64,000 nucleotides of DNA from Bacteroidota bacterium (GCA_027488905.1 JAIYAT010000031.1:36748-100747), one strand, 5' to 3'. Shown: positions 8,983 to 19,507, counted from the first letter of the stretch. Translations and numbers: made by a program. Notes: a model not told the origin generated them from the sequence alone.

Positions 8983-11058
8983 CTAATTATCACTTAATTT
9001 AGCCTTTACACTAAACCCTAGTTGCAGTTTATAATCTGAATAAATACCAACGGTTTTGTTTCCGCCATTAGTGGTTGTTAGAGCAGAAGCAATGATAATC
9101 TTCTTTGAAAGTTTTAGTTTTTCAAGTTGTGAAATGCTCAATGGGATAGAAGCCACGTAAACCCCACTTTTGTTTACCCTACCATTTGCATCTAAACTGC
9201 CAGAAACTAACACCTTAATATTTTCTAATTTAAGTACTTCGGTATTATTGCCATTTAAGAATTGAAGGTTTAAAATTGCATCAAAAGGAAATCCATTAGC
9301 TGACTTAATCATTAAAATCCCTTCTTCAAATGGGAATTCAGCATCTGTTAAGTCTGCTTCAACTGTATCACTTAATACAAAGTTGTCAGTCCTAATTTGC
9401 AAGGGTAAGTCCATTTCAAAGCCAATGGCAGTATAACCATCTGAACTAATGAAGTGATTACTTGAATTTGTATAGCCTTGTTCTCCGCGTGCAGTTAATT
9501 TAAAACTCAACATTTGTGGTGGTAAAGCAATGAAGTTGTCAATATTTGAAGAAGTCCTGTCAACTATTTTTGTACCTATAATCTGCTGACCTTGCTGAGA
9601 TAATGTAGGAAAAGATATTTCAAAAGGAGATAATCCTAAGGATGCTTTTTGGCCAAAGTCGTTTTCTCCACTAACTGCTAAATCAAGCTGAATTGGGATT
9701 CCAAGTGAATTTTTGGTGTGGAATTTAATAATGGGATTATCAAGTTTAAGCCCACTGGCAATATCCTTTAAAAATTCCAGTCCAATTTCAATAGAATCTC
9801 TTACTAAATCCTTAGCTCCAAAGAAACCTTCTGCATATTTTAATTCAGTTTCATCTGTATATAATTGTAACGTAAAAGTGTTTGCTGAGTCAAATGGAAG
9901 AATTGTATTACTACTAGTTAATTTGGCAGAATAGGTATAATAGATATTAGAATAGTTTTGATCCGGTTTAGTTGTTAAATCAAATTTGATATTCGAAATA
10001 TCAATTGATCCTTGATTAATACCAATTCCTGTGTAAGGAATAGTTATTGTTTTAGCGGGCACTGGATTTCCATTAATAGTAGAGCCAGGAAAATTCATGG
10101 TTACTTCAATTGGTTCTCTTACCGCACTTGTTGCTAAGTATTTGATTTTACCAGATTTGAATTCAATTTTACGAAGCCTTTGGGTGCTGTCTTCCCCTGA
10201 TATAAAAATATACGAACTTGTGCTCTTAAGCACTGCAGTTGGGAATTTAGACTGACCAGTAATTCCAAGAGCTGAACTCAATGAAAATTGAAAATTTATA
10301 CTTGAGCTTAAGTTTACAAATACTTGATTTGGACTGCTAGTTGCCAGGTTAATATTCTGAACCCCATAAGCCCAATTTGATGTAATGGTTTTATTTACAA
10401 ACGGAAATGAATCTATGACCGTGGCATTAGGGTTAATATTGGTAAGGTTGATGTTTCCTAGTAAAACATTAGCTGGATTTTGCGAATAGACATTTATTGT
10501 GATAGCGTTAACTCTAACGGGCAAGGTATTGGTGAAATTTACTTTTACGTATCCCGCTTGAATATTTATAGAATTAAAACCATTATGAGCTGGCAAAGAA
10601 ATAATAGAAGTATTTGCATCATTAATGTTTGGAAAAATTGCTGTTGTTCCAGCAATTGCATTAATTGCATTTCTGTTGGAGGTGTTAAATTCATCTTTTA
10701 GTTCACCTAAGGTCCTGTTGGCACTTGTAGTAGAAATAGGTATAGGTAATAGGCCTAATTTATTAATAACCTGACTAGGTGCTTGAATAGGTATATCTAA
10801 ATACTTGCCAATTCTAAATCCAAAAATAGAGTCTTCAAAATATTTAAACCTAATGAGCCCGTCTGGATCTACACTTGTATAAACAGTATCACTTTTTACC
10901 AAATTGTCAATACTCAAAGAAGTAAGGAATAATGGTAATCCAAATTCTGGATTAAATGTTACCTCATCAAACTTGTCAAAACTTAAATCTTTTTTACAAG
11001 CATTTAAAATTGAAAGAAGTGAAAATAAGATAATTAGTTTTTTGTAGTTTTTTTTCAT
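8983..11058 (-). CDS. large beta-rich lipoprotein of unknown function, upstream partner of the DUF5723 barrel
   Basis: Lipobox LNAC followed by KKD; 691-aa ORF. Confidence 0.75.
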   Translation of the reverse strand: MKKNYKKLIILFSLLSILNACKKDLSFDKFDEVTFNPEFGLPLFLTSLSIDNLVKSDTVYTSVDPDGLIRFKYFEDSIFGFRIGKYLDIPIQAPSQVINKLGLLPIPISTTSANRTLGELKDEFNTSNRNAINAIAGTTAIFPNINDANTSIISLPAHNGFNSINIQAGYVKVNFTNTLPVRVNAITINVYSQNPANVLLGNINLTNINPNATVIDSFPFVNKTITSNWAYGVQNINLATSSPNQVFVNLSSSINFQFSLSSALGITGQSKFPTAVLKSTSSYIFISGEDSTQRLRKIEFKSGKIKYLATSAVREPIEVTMNFPGSTINGNPVPAKTITIPYTGIGINQGSIDISNIKFDLTTKPDQNYSNIYYTYSAKLTSSNTILPFDSANTFTLQLYTDETELKYAEGFFGAKDLVRDSIEIGLEFLKDIASGLKLDNPIIKFHTKNSLGIPIQLDLAVSGENDFGQKASLGLSPFEISFPTLSQQGQQIIGTKIVDRTSSNIDNFIALPPQMLSFKLTARGEQGYTNSSNHFISSDGYTAIGFEMDLPLQIRTDNFVLSDTVEADLTDAEFPFEEGILMIKSANGFPFDAILNLQFLNGNNTEVLKLENIKVLVSGSLDANGRVNKSGVYVASIPLSISQLEKLKLSKKIIIASALTTTNGGNKTVGIYSDYKLQLGFSVKAKLSDN

Positions 11059-11084
11059 TATAATTCTTTTTCAATATTTAAAAT

Positions 11085-11118
11085 AAAAAAAAATGTTGAG
11101 GGGTTACCTCAACATTTT
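11085..11118 (-). terminator. intrinsic terminator after the 191-aa lipoprotein gene
   Basis: 12-bp stem AAAATGTTGAGG/CCTCAACATTTT with a T-tract on the minus strand. Confidence 0.75.
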
Positions 11119-11139
11119 CATTGAAAATTACAGCAGGGT

Positions 11140-11715
11140 TTATGGTCTGTAAGTTACAACGTAATTAATTGTTGCTGTAGTTTTTGTAGTTTCAGTTGTA
11201 GTGGTTTTAGCCTTACCAATCATAGTGATAAAAAAATTGGTTTTGCCAAAATAATCTACTAAATTAATTGCATTTGCAGGGTCAGTAGCACTGTTAGGAA
11301 ATTTAATAGTAAAGGTGTTTGCGCCATTAAGTTCAGAATTATTAACACTACCAACTTGCTTGTAAACAGTGCTTTGTTCTCTAAAAGATAAATTTAAATA
11401 ATCAATGAAAGAAAAGTCAGTTACAGGCTGATTTGGATCCAAATTAACGACTGCATTTGTAAGGTAAATAGATTCAATACTTTCTTTAGGAATCTCATTT
11501 GCGAGCAGCACACTGTCAACGTTTAAATAGACTAATTGCTCTACAAAAGTAATTTCTGAGCCAATCATACTATCGGTGATGATAGGCAAAGTCATTTTAA
11601 TGTTCGCAACAGATTGGTTTAAGTTAAGGTTTACATCAGTTTTTAACTTATCACAAGCGCCGAAGAGCAACACTATTCCAAATAGCATCAAGCTCAATTT
11701 TGTATTAATTTTCAT
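11140..11715 (-). CDS. hypothetical lipoprotein
   Basis: Lipobox FGAC; 191 aa, beta-rich. Confidence 0.75.
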   Translation of the reverse strand: MKINTKLSLMLFGIVLLFGACDKLKTDVNLNLNQSVANIKMTLPIITDSMIGSEITFVEQLVYLNVDSVLLANEIPKESIESIYLTNAVVNLDPNQPVTDFSFIDYLNLSFREQSTVYKQVGSVNNSELNGANTFTIKFPNSATDPANAINLVDYFGKTNFFITMIGKAKTTTTETTKTTATINYVVTYRP

Positions 11716-11767
11716 AGTTTTTTTTGTTGATTCAATTATATGTAAAAAATATTAATTTCCAAATGAT

Positions 11768-12247
11768 TTACAATACTTTAGAAAGAAATTTAAATTCACT
11801 TTCTTGAATTATCTCTCCATCCATTCCTAAATATTGGAAGCCAACAAACTTATTTTGTTTTTTAACTAGTACCAGAATTTTGTGGTTTGAGTGTAAATAG
11901 TTCCAAGATGCGGTTTTGAGATAAGTATTTAATTTGCTGGAAGGTTTTACCTCTAAGGTGACTAAACTAATATTATCTGATATGTTTTGGTGAGCAGAGA
12001 ATTCAATTTGTTCATTTCCACGTAGAAAACCATCAATTATTTCCAGGCTAAACTTTTTTTGTTGGGTATTAACTTCTACACTAGCATATATTTTATATAG
12101 GTTAGCTAAATTAACTAAATTGCTTGGTTCATTTTTAATAACAGAACCTGCTGATGAAATAGGTATTTGACTGGTTAACATAAAATTTTCAGTTTGACAT
12201 GAATTCAGTACAAAACTAAACCTTGTATGTAAACAAATTACAACCAA
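11768..12247 (-). CDS. hypothetical protein (start uncertain)
   Basis: ORF fills the gap downstream of cysS; no motif recognised. Confidence 0.5.
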   Translation of the reverse strand: MVVICLHTRFSFVLNSCQTENFMLTSQIPISSAGSVIKNEPSNLVNLANLYKIYASVEVNTQQKKFSLEIIDGFLRGNEQIEFSAHQNISDNISLVTLEVKPSSKLNTYLKTASWNYLHSNHKILVLVKKQNKFVGFQYLGMDGEIIQESEFKFLSKVL

Positions 12248-12280
12248 TTAGACTTTTTTTGCCGCCATTTATTAAATATT

Positions 12281-13750
12281 TCAAGCCACTTGAAATGTAG
12301 TTCCTTCTTTATTGTCTTTAATCTCTATTCCAATTGATTTTAATCTTTCTCTAATTTCATCGGAACTTGTAAAGTCTTTCCTTGCTTTAGCTTCACTTCT
12401 AATTTGGAGAATAATTTCCATCAATTCATCAATTTTTTCTGCACTTCCAGTTTGTTCAGATTTTAAGCCTAAAATTTCAAAAAGAAATGTATTGAAGGTT
12501 TTAGTAAATGAATCTAAATCTTGAGCGCTAATTTTTTCTTTCCCTTCCTCCAACAAATTAATTAATTTAACTCCTTCAAATAGGTGAGCAATTACCATTG
12601 GTGTGTTGAAATCCTCATTCATTGCTTCATAAAGTTTTTCTCTTAAATCATTGATTTGAACTGTAGAACTTGAATGGAAATTTATATTTGATAATTTATT
12701 TGAGGCATTGAAAAGCCTAGTTAATCCCTTTTCAGCAGCTTGAAGTGCCTCATTGCTAAAATCTAGCGTACTTCTATAGTGAGCCTGAAGCATAAAGAAG
12801 CGTACAGCCATTGGACTATAACCTTTCTCTAACAATTCATGATTTCCAGAGAACAACTCATTTGGCAGAAAGGAATTTCCCAAACTTTTGCTCATTTTTT
12901 GGCCATTAACTGTTAGCATGTTTGTATGCATCCAAAATTTAGCAGGCTGCGCATGATTACAGGCGATATTTTGCGCAATTTCGTTGGTATGATGTGTTGG
13001 AATTAGATCCATTCCTCCTCCATGAATATCAAATTCTGCTCCCAAATATTTAGTGCTCATGGCAGAACATTCAATATGCCAACCCGGAAATCCTACTCCC
13101 CAAGGACTTGGCCATTTCATTAAATGTTCTGGCTTGGCCTTTATCCAAAGTGCAAAATCCAGTCTGCCTTTTTTTTCATCCTGTCCACCTAAACTACGAG
13201 TATTATTAAGAAGTTCGTCTAGATTTCTATTAGATAAAATTGTATAGTTATGGGTTTTTGCGAATTTTTCCACATCAAAATATACTGTTCCATCTATCTC
13301 GTAAGCAAAGCCATTCTCAATGATTTTTTTCGTCATTTCTATTTGCTCAATGATATGACCAGTGGCTGTTGGCTCAATACTTGGAGGTAGCGTATTAAAA
13401 TGACTTAAAACTTCATGGAAGTCAACCGTATAACGTTGAACAATTTCCATTGGTTCAACCTGCTCTAATTTGGCTCTTTTTGCAAATTTATCGTCTCCTT
13501 CATCTTGGTCTCCTTCCAAGTGACCAGCATCAGTTATATTTCTAACGTACCTAACTTTATATCCTAAATGCAAAAAATAGCGATAAATTATATCGAATGA
13601 AACATAGGTTCTTGCATTGCCTAAATGTGCATTGCTGTAAACAGTTGGTCCGCAAACATACATACCAACATAACCTTTGGTAATGGGTTCAAACGACTCT
13701 GTTCTTTTTGTAAGTGTATTATAGATTTTTAAGGTAGTATTCATATCCAT
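12281..13750 (-). CDS. cysS: cysteine--tRNA ligase
   Basis: YVCGPTVY, HLGN, PGWHIECSAM, KMSKS motifs. Confidence 0.98.
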   Translation of the reverse strand: MDMNTTLKIYNTLTKRTESFEPITKGYVGMYVCGPTVYSNAHLGNARTYVSFDIIYRYFLHLGYKVRYVRNITDAGHLEGDQDEGDDKFAKRAKLEQVEPMEIVQRYTVDFHEVLSHFNTLPPSIEPTATGHIIEQIEMTKKIIENGFAYEIDGTVYFDVEKFAKTHNYTILSNRNLDELLNNTRSLGGQDEKKGRLDFALWIKAKPEHLMKWPSPWGVGFPGWHIECSAMSTKYLGAEFDIHGGGMDLIPTHHTNEIAQNIACNHAQPAKFWMHTNMLTVNGQKMSKSLGNSFLPNELFSGNHELLEKGYSPMAVRFFMLQAHYRSTLDFSNEALQAAEKGLTRLFNASNKLSNINFHSSSTVQINDLREKLYEAMNEDFNTPMVIAHLFEGVKLINLLEEGKEKISAQDLDSFTKTFNTFLFEILGLKSEQTGSAEKIDELMEIILQIRSEAKARKDFTSSDEIRERLKSIGIEIKDNKEGTTFQVA

Positions 13751-13760
13751 TTTCTTGAGG

Positions 13761-13768
13761 CAAATATA
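13761..13768 (-). promoter_or_regulatory. -7 promoter element for cysS
   Basis: TATATTTG on the minus strand just upstream of cysS. Confidence 0.55.
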
Positions 13769-13770
13769 GG

Positions 13771-15075
13771 TTATTCAAATAGTGACTCATATACCTTTTC
13801 CCAACCTAACCAACCTTCTTCTTTGTCAAAAGATGAGTTGTGCCAAATGGAAATAAATTTCCCTTGATATTTTTGCGTTACTTCAATCATTTCTTTAATG
13901 CATTGTTTAGCGGTTACTTGATCGTAATTCAAATAGTTTTTTAAGGTAACATCCATAATGCAAGGCGAGTAAAGTAATAAGTCAAATTTGGTATTATTAA
14001 TTAAATCATATGCCTCAAATGGCCTGCAAGTTGAAGCTCTAAAACCTATTTGGTCTGCATAGCATAAGGTATAATCTGCTTCAATTTCAAGCTTTACTAA
14101 GTTTTTGAAGCTTTCTGGTAACTTTAGTTTTAAAAAATGATACCTGCTAATTTTTGGTGCATTTCCTGTGATTTTTTCAAAAGTATCTACTTCTGATTTT
14201 AATAAATTAAAGTCAAAGGATGCCTTATATGAAGGATGTATGCCACATTTATGACTTTCAGATAATCTATTGTAAAGCTCAATTGCCTCTATACTTTCTG
14301 GGTTAATATTTTTATCATGCTTCCCATTATTGGCAAGCAAGAAAAAAAACTTAGTCTCGATATTTGATGTTCCTGCAAATCTTGTAAGGTAATTGTACGT
14401 GTCATATGGGTCATTTTCTATAGATTTAAATATGTTATTATTCGGTTTGAACCGAAGCAGTGAGCCTACATATTTTTTTGCAATTTCTAGTTTTGTTCTG
14501 CCTTTATATTTATACGCAAAATCTATATCAATGGTGTTTATTTTGGTAAAATGATGGGATTTAAAGGATAAGGCAGGATATACTGCTAATATTTTTTTCT
14601 TGAATTCTTCTACCCAATGGTCAATTAGCGGAATCTTTAAGAAGTTGTTTTTATAGGCAATTGAACTTGAGGCTTTAAATCTATTGTGTTCATCTCTTTG
14701 CTCGCTACTGTATTCTTCATATCTACTCAATAAATAAAAGCTAGCTGAAAGCAAATCAAATGTTAAGTATGAAGTTTCAATCTGAAAATCTGGAACTTCT
14801 TCATAAGCAAATTTAAAGAAAACCTTTAGCCAAATAGGGTCATCTACCACCTCAATTTTTTGTGGAATTATTTTGGTTTCAAAGAGCAAACTATTAGATG
14901 GAATATTTACAACTCCTTCTATGATGTAAGGCGAATAGTTTAGTCGGATAGATTTTGATTTAGTAAAATAATCTAAGTTATCTGTAATCTTATAATTTAT
15001 CCCTAATTGTTGAACCAATATTTGATCTAGGATGTATTTAATCCTGTCATTTTCTTCTGCCGCAAATACTAGCAT
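13771..15075 (-). CDS. polysaccharide deacetylase-like protein
   Basis: FYLLSRYEEY, TIDID, GIHPSY, RYHFL, IWHN motifs. Confidence 0.75.
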   Translation of the reverse strand: MLVFAAEENDRIKYILDQILVQQLGINYKITDNLDYFTKSKSIRLNYSPYIIEGVVNIPSNSLLFETKIIPQKIEVVDDPIWLKVFFKFAYEEVPDFQIETSYLTFDLLSASFYLLSRYEEYSSEQRDEHNRFKASSSIAYKNNFLKIPLIDHWVEEFKKKILAVYPALSFKSHHFTKINTIDIDFAYKYKGRTKLEIAKKYVGSLLRFKPNNNIFKSIENDPYDTYNYLTRFAGTSNIETKFFFLLANNGKHDKNINPESIEAIELYNRLSESHKCGIHPSYKASFDFNLLKSEVDTFEKITGNAPKISRYHFLKLKLPESFKNLVKLEIEADYTLCYADQIGFRASTCRPFEAYDLINNTKFDLLLYSPCIMDVTLKNYLNYDQVTAKQCIKEMIEVTQKYQGKFISIWHNSSFDKEEGWLGWEKVYESLFE

Positions 15076-16385
15076 TATTTGTTCTTATTTAGAGAGTAAT
15101 TCATTATATCAATCAGGTTTTTAGGGTTTAATGCCTTTAAAAAAATGTTATAGTTTTCCTTGTAGTTATATCCAAAAACCATATAAATCAAGGCTATATA
15201 TAATCCTGCAACCAAGGCTAAGGCTGCACCTGAAATACCATAAATAGGAATGATAAATAAATCTAGAATAAGCACAGTAATCGCAATCAAAATTTGCATA
15301 GCAACTACATACTTTTGTTTTTGCTCAGCAAGCATCCACATTGCCCAAGCGGTTCCCCAGAAAACTGGAATGCTACTTAAAACATGTATCTTAAAAATGA
15401 TAGCAGATTGAGGAAATTTATCACCATATAGGAAGCCGATTACAATATCCCCAAATAACAAAGCACCTACAATTACAAAAATAGCAAGCCAAAGCATTAA
15501 GCTATAGAGTTGAGTGAGCCTCATAATTTGTAGTTCCCTATTTTGTCTATTATTAACAATCCCAGGAAAAACAGCTGCACAAATGGCAATAGGGATAAAA
15601 TATGAAGCCTGACTAATTCTTAATCCAGCACTATACTGCCCAACCAAACTCATGTCATTTAATAGTTTATCAATAAGTAAAGTGTCGGCATTTAAATAAA
15701 TCATCTGAATTGCCGTTGATATAATAAGTGGAACGGCATATTTGAGTAAAAACCTAGACTCTTTTCTGGAAAACTGCCAATTGCTTATTTTGAAGCCTTG
15801 ATTTCGATAAAAGTAAATTTGAATCATTGCAGTTAAACCTGCTTCAAAGGCTGCCATTGTTGCAAACCATATTAAACCTGCTTCAAAGTAAATTAATGCT
15901 AACTTAGTAAATGCAGAAACAGACAAGGTAATAACCTGATTTATTGCTGTTAATTTTCCTTTTACTTGGGATTGAAAATAGAAGTCAATAACAGTAAATG
16001 ACTGGAACATAATGCTTATACTCAAAAGGAAAAATATTAGCGTTGTTTCTGCTGATTTATTGAAATAAGCCCAAGTTGTAGCCAATATAATTACCCATAA
16101 AGAACCTAGCAAACGCAATGAAAATGCTGTTCCAAGAATTTTGTTAAAGTCTTCCTTTCGTGTAAGTATCTCTCTTACAACCAAACTATCTAATCCCAAA
16201 GTTGAAATAATTGTTAAAATAGCTATAACACTTAAACCTAGGCTGATTATACCATATTGTTCTGCACCTAAATACCGTACTACTAAGATACCAACCAAAA
16301 TACCGCTGATTATTCTCGATGCCTTCTCAAGAAGAATCCAAAAGGAATTTCCTACATAATTGTTTTTTTGTTCTACTTCTGCCAT
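15075..16385 (-). CDS. Wzx-type polysaccharide flippase (MOP superfamily)
   Basis: Many TM segments; VRYLGAEQYG, VGQYSAG, IPIYGISGAA motifs. Confidence 0.85.
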   Translation of the reverse strand: MAEVEQKNNYVGNSFWILLEKASRIISGILVGILVVRYLGAEQYGIISLGLSVIAILTIISTLGLDSLVVREILTRKEDFNKILGTAFSLRLLGSLWVIILATTWAYFNKSAETTLIFFLLSISIMFQSFTVIDFYFQSQVKGKLTAINQVITLSVSAFTKLALIYFEAGLIWFATMAAFEAGLTAMIQIYFYRNQGFKISNWQFSRKESRFLLKYAVPLIISTAIQMIYLNADTLLIDKLLNDMSLVGQYSAGLRISQASYFIPIAICAAVFPGIVNNRQNRELQIMRLTQLYSLMLWLAIFVIVGALLFGDIVIGFLYGDKFPQSAIIFKIHVLSSIPVFWGTAWAMWMLAEQKQKYVVAMQILIAITVLILDLFIIPIYGISGAALALVAGLYIALIYMVFGYNYKENYNIFLKALNPKNLIDIMNYSLNKNK

Positions 16386-16386
16386 T

Positions 16387-16947
16387 TTACTTGTTAAAGA
16401 TGGTCATTGTTGGTCCAAGACCTTGTAAAACATAACTTTCGATTGCCTCAGTGGCTTTTGGAATGAGCGTAATCAATTCGCTCGTTTCTTCTTTTGACCA
16501 TTTTCCTAAAACAAAATCAATTTGCCTTCCTTTTGGAAAGTCATTTCCTATTCCAAACCTAAGCCGAGCATATTCCTGTGTTTGTAAAATTTCTTGAATA
16601 TTTCTTAATCCTTTATGCCCAGCATCACTTCCATTTGCTCTGATCCTAAGTTTTCCAAATGGGATGGCTAAATCATCCACAATTACCAGAACATTCTTTA
16701 AGTCAATTTTGTATTCATTCATCCAATACCTAACGGCCTTTCCACTTAAATTCATGTAAGTAGTAGGTTTTATGGCAAAGATTTTTTTCCCTTTTAGTCC
16801 AAACTCGCAAAAATCTGCGTGCTTTTCTGTAGTAAATATTCCATTATGTTTTGCTGCGAAATAATCGAGCACCTCAAAACCAATATTATGCCTAGTTTTT
16901 TCGTATTCTGACCCAATATTTCCTAATCCAACTATTAAAAACTTCAT
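16387..16947 (-). CDS. pth: peptidyl-tRNA hydrolase
   Basis: LIVGLGN, TRHNIGF, KPTTYMNLSG motifs. Confidence 0.98.
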   Translation of the reverse strand: MKFLIVGLGNIGSEYEKTRHNIGFEVLDYFAAKHNGIFTTEKHADFCEFGLKGKKIFAIKPTTYMNLSGKAVRYWMNEYKIDLKNVLVIVDDLAIPFGKLRIRANGSDAGHKGLRNIQEILQTQEYARLRFGIGNDFPKGRQIDFVLGKWSKEETSELITLIPKATEAIESYVLQGLGPTMTIFNK

Positions 16948-17021
16948 CGGATTGCAAGATAATACAAGCAGAAATATTTGTTTTTAATAAAATTGTTAGG
17001 GCAGTTTGGTTCAAACCGAAA

Positions 17022-18713
17022 CTAATTGCATGGTATTTCTAGCTCAACTATAATTTCATCTGGAATAGTGGCAGGCATTGTATACAAATAGTCATACCTT
17101 TTATTCTCATAGTTTATTGAAAACCTGTATTCAGTGCTAGTGCTAAAGTTTACTTTTGGTAAAGAAACTGTATTCCAATTTACAGAAGCAGTGGCTGCGT
17201 TTGCACTAAAATTACTCCACAAGATACTGCTATTTGCAGGTTTACTATTGCTTTGATAATCTGTTTCTTTAATATAATAAACGGTTGAGCCATTAGGTAA
17301 TGTTGCATAATCTGTGCTGCCACTAATACATCTTGCTCTAAAATTGCCTGTAAAAGTGCTACTTGACAGGATAGAACCTAGCGTAATTTTAATTTCACAA
17401 GTATTTGTTGCTCTTGTGCTTGATGAAAACGTTTGCGAAACGCTTGATCCATTAACAATTGCAGAAAGTTGGCCATTGCTTATTTCTACTGGTAGTGCTC
17501 CTTCATAATTCACTACTATGTTTTGATTTGTATTGTCATAGAAAAAACTCTGAGTTATAGGTATCTCAAAAAGTAAATCAGTGGATAGCATGTTTCTAAA
17601 GTATTTTACCATAAATGATGCTTGGATTGGAGTACCATTTGCCATTCCTTGGGTAAAGGAAGCAGACAGAGGTATGATAAGGCTGCCACATCTATTTTTC
17701 ATAGAGCCTGCAAGCCAGGTGCTTAAATGTAAAACTTCAAACTCAACTATGAGTTTATTGGTGGTAGCTTCCCTACTAATTGTTGCTTGAGTCTCGCTAA
17801 CCCAATTTTTTGTTCCTTTATCTTGGCTCAAAATGTCAATAAGATCACCTGGTTTATAGTTAGTTCCTGTAAGTGGATTAAATTGATTGCTTGGGATTTC
17901 AATAGTAGCTTTAATTGGTTTTGAAAAATCCTTAACAGATTTTCCGTCTCCATACATTGAAATGTTAAGCCAACCTGCAGGAATGATAATTGTTTCGTCT
18001 AGGGTTGAACCATTTTTATCTAAAATAGTGTTGTCTGATTGTTTTCCAAACGATTTTATAGAGGCTCCAGTGCTTGCTGTGAAATGTAAAATATCAATAT
18101 CAATATTCCCTGAAATTAAGGTTCCGTTTTTATCAGTCATTTTAACACCTGCTGGTATTTCTATTGTTGCTTTTTCTGCTTTTTGCTCTGTCGCTGGAAG
18201 TGAAATGATTTTTATAACTGTTGTAGTTCCTGAGCTATCTGTTACAGTGTTACCCTTAGTTTTATCAGAACCTGCCGGTAGTTCTTTTGTATTAGTTAAA
18301 TAAAGGGTTTCGTGTATTGGTTCAATACTTTTAAGTTTAATTGGATAGATTAATGGTAAGTACCCATCAGCTTTTACTTCGATGTTAAATTCTAATGGAT
18401 CAGCAGAAGTTGCTATGGTACCGCGTCTAAGGCATAAGTTTATCATACCATTGTTGATGGAAAATAATTTTCTTGCACCTGAATTATAAACTACTGCAGC
18501 ATCTTTACCAGTAATTTCGATGTTTAATCCTTCTAATGCATCGTTATAGCCATTTTTGGATATGTCAAATATTTTAAAGGTGCTTGGTGCTGTAACAAAA
18601 TCAGCTTTAGCTGTTACAGAAAAGCCTTCTACAGGATTTTTAAGTTTGCAGCCACTGCCTAAAACAATAACGAAAGCAAAAAGTATAAATAATGCAGTTG
18701 TAAAATTTTTCAT
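17022..18713 (-). CDS. hypothetical surface lipoprotein
   Basis: Lipobox GSGC; Ig-like/ZU5-like central region ending FEVLHLSTW. Confidence 0.7.
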   Translation of the reverse strand: MKNFTTALFILFAFVIVLGSGCKLKNPVEGFSVTAKADFVTAPSTFKIFDISKNGYNDALEGLNIEITGKDAAVVYNSGARKLFSINNGMINLCLRRGTIATSADPLEFNIEVKADGYLPLIYPIKLKSIEPIHETLYLTNTKELPAGSDKTKGNTVTDSSGTTTVIKIISLPATEQKAEKATIEIPAGVKMTDKNGTLISGNIDIDILHFTASTGASIKSFGKQSDNTILDKNGSTLDETIIIPAGWLNISMYGDGKSVKDFSKPIKATIEIPSNQFNPLTGTNYKPGDLIDILSQDKGTKNWVSETQATISREATTNKLIVEFEVLHLSTWLAGSMKNRCGSLIIPLSASFTQGMANGTPIQASFMVKYFRNMLSTDLLFEIPITQSFFYDNTNQNIVVNYEGALPVEISNGQLSAIVNGSSVSQTFSSSTRATNTCEIKITLGSILSSSTFTGNFRARCISGSTDYATLPNGSTVYYIKETDYQSNSKPANSSILWSNFSANAATASVNWNTVSLPKVNFSTSTEYRFSINYENKRYDYLYTMPATIPDEIIVELEIPCN

Positions 18714-18772
18714 TTTTCTATTCCTTTAAAATTCTAATCGAATGTAATTGAATATCAGCGTAAATTCAAAAT

Positions 18773-19507
18773 TTATTTTGATATTCTTACATTTAAAGTG
18801 AATGTAAGTATTGGGAGTAATCGATAATTTCTAAGATTATCTTTCAATTTACGTTCTTCTACCGAGGTTGGTTCAAGCATGCCTGTGGTTCTAAAACTTA
18901 ATTGAGGAGCGCCAATATAATAGGTGCCAATTTCAAAGTTAAATCCAACCCTTTTTTTCGGAACAGCTCTTCCAATGCCTATTCCCAAATAGGGGCAAAC
19001 CAATTGCGTTTTCAAGCCATAATATATGTTTCCTTGTTCTTCTGGCCCAATAGATATTTCACCTTGTTTTAAAGAATCTCTTGGAGTAGCAATGAAATTT
19101 AATTGTGAGAATAGTAAGGCCAAACCAGATGAAATTTTAAAAGCATTTGCAAATGGATGATAGTCAAAAGCCATATTTACAGAACCAAGTTTTATTTTGC
19201 CATTAACTTTAAGTTTGATCCCAACTAAAGTGTTTCCATAAAAATAAATATTCTTCCCATCAATTGTAACAATTTGATTATTGATGTTATATAGATAATG
19301 GGTTCCTGAAAGTTTTATTGCAAATTTATTTTTATTCCCTATTTGCTTAGCCAATTGAAGCCCAAATCCGTTTGTTGTTCCTAAGATTCCTATAGAGGTA
19401 CTTTTTTTACTTGGTACAAATAGACTATCCTGTGAGTGCAATATTTTGGTTTGACCCAACTTTGGAAGGACAATTGTTAGGAGTATTAAAAAGTATAAGC
19501 GCCTCAT
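18773..19507 (-). CDS. hypothetical outer membrane beta-barrel protein
   Basis: Signal peptide; GTTNGFG, FDYHPF, PYLGIGIG amphipathic strands. Confidence 0.7.
   Translation of the reverse strand: MRRLYFLILLTIVLPKLGQTKILHSQDSLFVPSKKSTSIGILGTTNGFGLQLAKQIGNKNKFAIKLSGTHYLYNINNQIVTIDGKNIYFYGNTLVGIKLKVNGKIKLGSVNMAFDYHPFANAFKISSGLALLFSQLNFIATPRDSLKQGEISIGPEEQGNIYYGLKTQLVCPYLGIGIGRAVPKKRVGFNFEIGTYYIGAPQLSFRTTGMLEPTSVEERKLKDNLRNYRLLPILTFTLNVRISK

Noticed and set aside
12248-12268. ATG-initiated MAAKKV-stop in frame with the 11768-12247 ORF (possible nonsense mutation or read-through)
   Set aside because: Too short to assess without homologues; a downstream start explains the ORF equally well
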